The notes under the pieces were generated by a model. That model was not told the origin of the DNA, searched no databases, and was given only the letters and a program-made list of their open reading frames with translations. Position numbers and translations under genes: made by a program. A DNA stretch of 63,855 nt, filler included, from Olpidium bornovanus S191 (Eukaryota; Fungi; Olpidiomycota), in the NCBI GenBank assembly GCA_017911155.1. It is 26 parts of 26 records of this genome, joined end to end, with 100 filler letters (N's around TTAATTAATTAA, not from the genome) between each part and the next. Parts side by side here need not be neighbours in the genome. Positions count along the whole stretch, not along the records: positions 59,988 to 63,855 come from JAEFCI010007868.1; 25 more parts are not named here. One strand, given 5' to 3'. Shown piece after piece: positions 62,545 to 63,855 of the stretch. Each line of letters begins with the position of its first letter. Within the stretch, counting starts at the first letter, position 1.

Positions 62545-63629
62545 TCACTCGTTCTGTTGTTCAAGGCCTTTGGTCGCGGCGGTCATCTGTATCTCCTCGA
62601 AGCCGTCTTCCTGCGAGCCGGCCTTCTCCGGGTCCTTTGCGCGGCTCCCGACCACCGCGGAAAGCGGGTGGGCGACGGACGGCCGGCGGGAGCCCGGGCG
62701 CGAGCCGGCGAACGAGCCCGCCTTCCTGTGCGGCCCGCGGGGCCCGTGCGGCGGGTCGCGGCAGGCGACGGACGACGACGACGACGGCGACGGCGCGGAC
62801 TCCCACGGGTTCGTCGAGGCGAAGCTCCCCCTCGACCGCGCCGCCGCCCTGCTCGCCAGGGACTCGAGGTCCTTGAGCGAGTCCTGTTTGACGATGTTCG
62901 CCAGCGCGCCGGGCATCCCGGCCGTGGCGATGGCGTCCTCGGCCTGCTCCTTCTCGTCCTCTGCGGTTTCCAGGCCGAGCCGCCGCGCGCGCGCGGACTG
63001 CGGGTGCGCGAAGAACGGTTTGAGAACCCTTTTTTGGGTTGCGGAGGCGTGGGGCGGGGGAGGAGCGGGGGGCGGGATAAACGACCGAGCTAAGAAGAAT
63101 GCCGACGGCGAACGGACCGCCCCCAAACACAACACGACACGACCGCCCCTCCCCGATCTTACTTGCGGTCGAGCAGGTACAGCCAGTAGAACAGCGATCT
63201 CGAGTGGCCCTCCTCCTCGGGAACCTCCTGGTTCTCTTTGATGAGCTCGTCGATGTCGTTTCCCGCCTTTTCGTCCGCCTTGCCCTCCTCTTCGCGCCCG
63301 TCCCCGCCTCCCACCTCTTCCCACTCCGCGTCGCCGGCCAGGCCGAGCTTTTTGATCACGAGGGGCGTCAGGCTGCCCAGGCCCAGGACGGTGACGAACA
63401 CGGTGATCATGGTCGTCCCGAACAGCAGCGACCTCGCGGTTTCGCTGAAGAACGAGTTGTCGAGGAGCTGCACGGCGAGCGCGAACGCGACGGCGCCCCG
63501 GAGCCCGCCGAACCACATCAGGATCATGTGGTTCAGCGGGATGTGGTTGCTGGGGTTGAGGATGTTGTTGGAGCCGCAGATGAAAAATACGTGCGTCCTC
63601 GCGACGAGGATCGATATCTGCCCGATCAA
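62545..63629 (-). CDS. CPA1-family Na+/H+ exchanger (NHX/NHE-type), C-terminal part
   Basis: MWFGGLRGAVAFALA, LFGTTMITVFVTVLGLGSLTPLVIKKL, and FYWLYLLDRK|...LKPFF followed by a hydrophilic tail. Confidence 0.9.
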
Positions 63630-63660
63630 CCCGCGGCCGGCGGAAGGGTCAACCGTTTTC

Positions 63661-63712
<52 letters not shown>

Positions 63713-63818
63713 GGCAAATAGTTGAAGCAAGGGGGGAGGAAAGGAAAAAGAAAGGGAAAGAAAAAGGAAAAAAAAAAAAAAAAAGGGAAAAAAAAGGGGG
63801 GGGGGGGGAAAAAAAAGG

Positions 63819-63855
<37 letters not shown>

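Overview
Eukaryotic, intron-rich, GC-rich fungal genomic DNA. The window is not one locus: it is 26 short contigs (about 1.1-4 kb each) joined by an artificial 100-bp spacer (N44-TTAATTAATTAA-N44), so gene adjacency across spacers means nothing. Gene content fits an early-diverging, flagellated (zoosporic) fungus; an Olpidium-like organism is a guess only. Recognisable genes, mostly partial and spliced: UTP22/NOL6, MET3, a thioredoxin/PDI, a CCDC78-like coiled-coil protein, MRPL7 (uL5m), TRAPPC11, TRM4/NSUN2, a CatSper-beta-like protein, NOP4/RBM28, TSC1, HBS1, RMP1/NEPRO, a Pga1-like protein, RPN11, KAE1, an NHX-type Na+/H+ exchanger and tRNA-Leu(AAG). Ty1/copia and Ty3/gypsy fragments and several tandem repeats are also present. 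Most interesting biologically: (1) a CATSPERB-like sequence, an auxiliary subunit of the sperm-type flagellar Ca2+ channel; (2) an orphan secreted, Cys-free, Gly-rich cationic protein with a 13-dipeptide X-Pro/X-Ala propeptide; (3) a copia family with very short LTRs, half-tRNA-iMet priming and GC-repeat leaders. Technical caveat: about 20 of about 51 contig ends fall at or within 2 nt of CATG, and two gene-retroelement fusions occur exactly at CATG, which suggests CATG-cut/ligated chimeras. Family assignments rest on recalled motifs; no searches were run.
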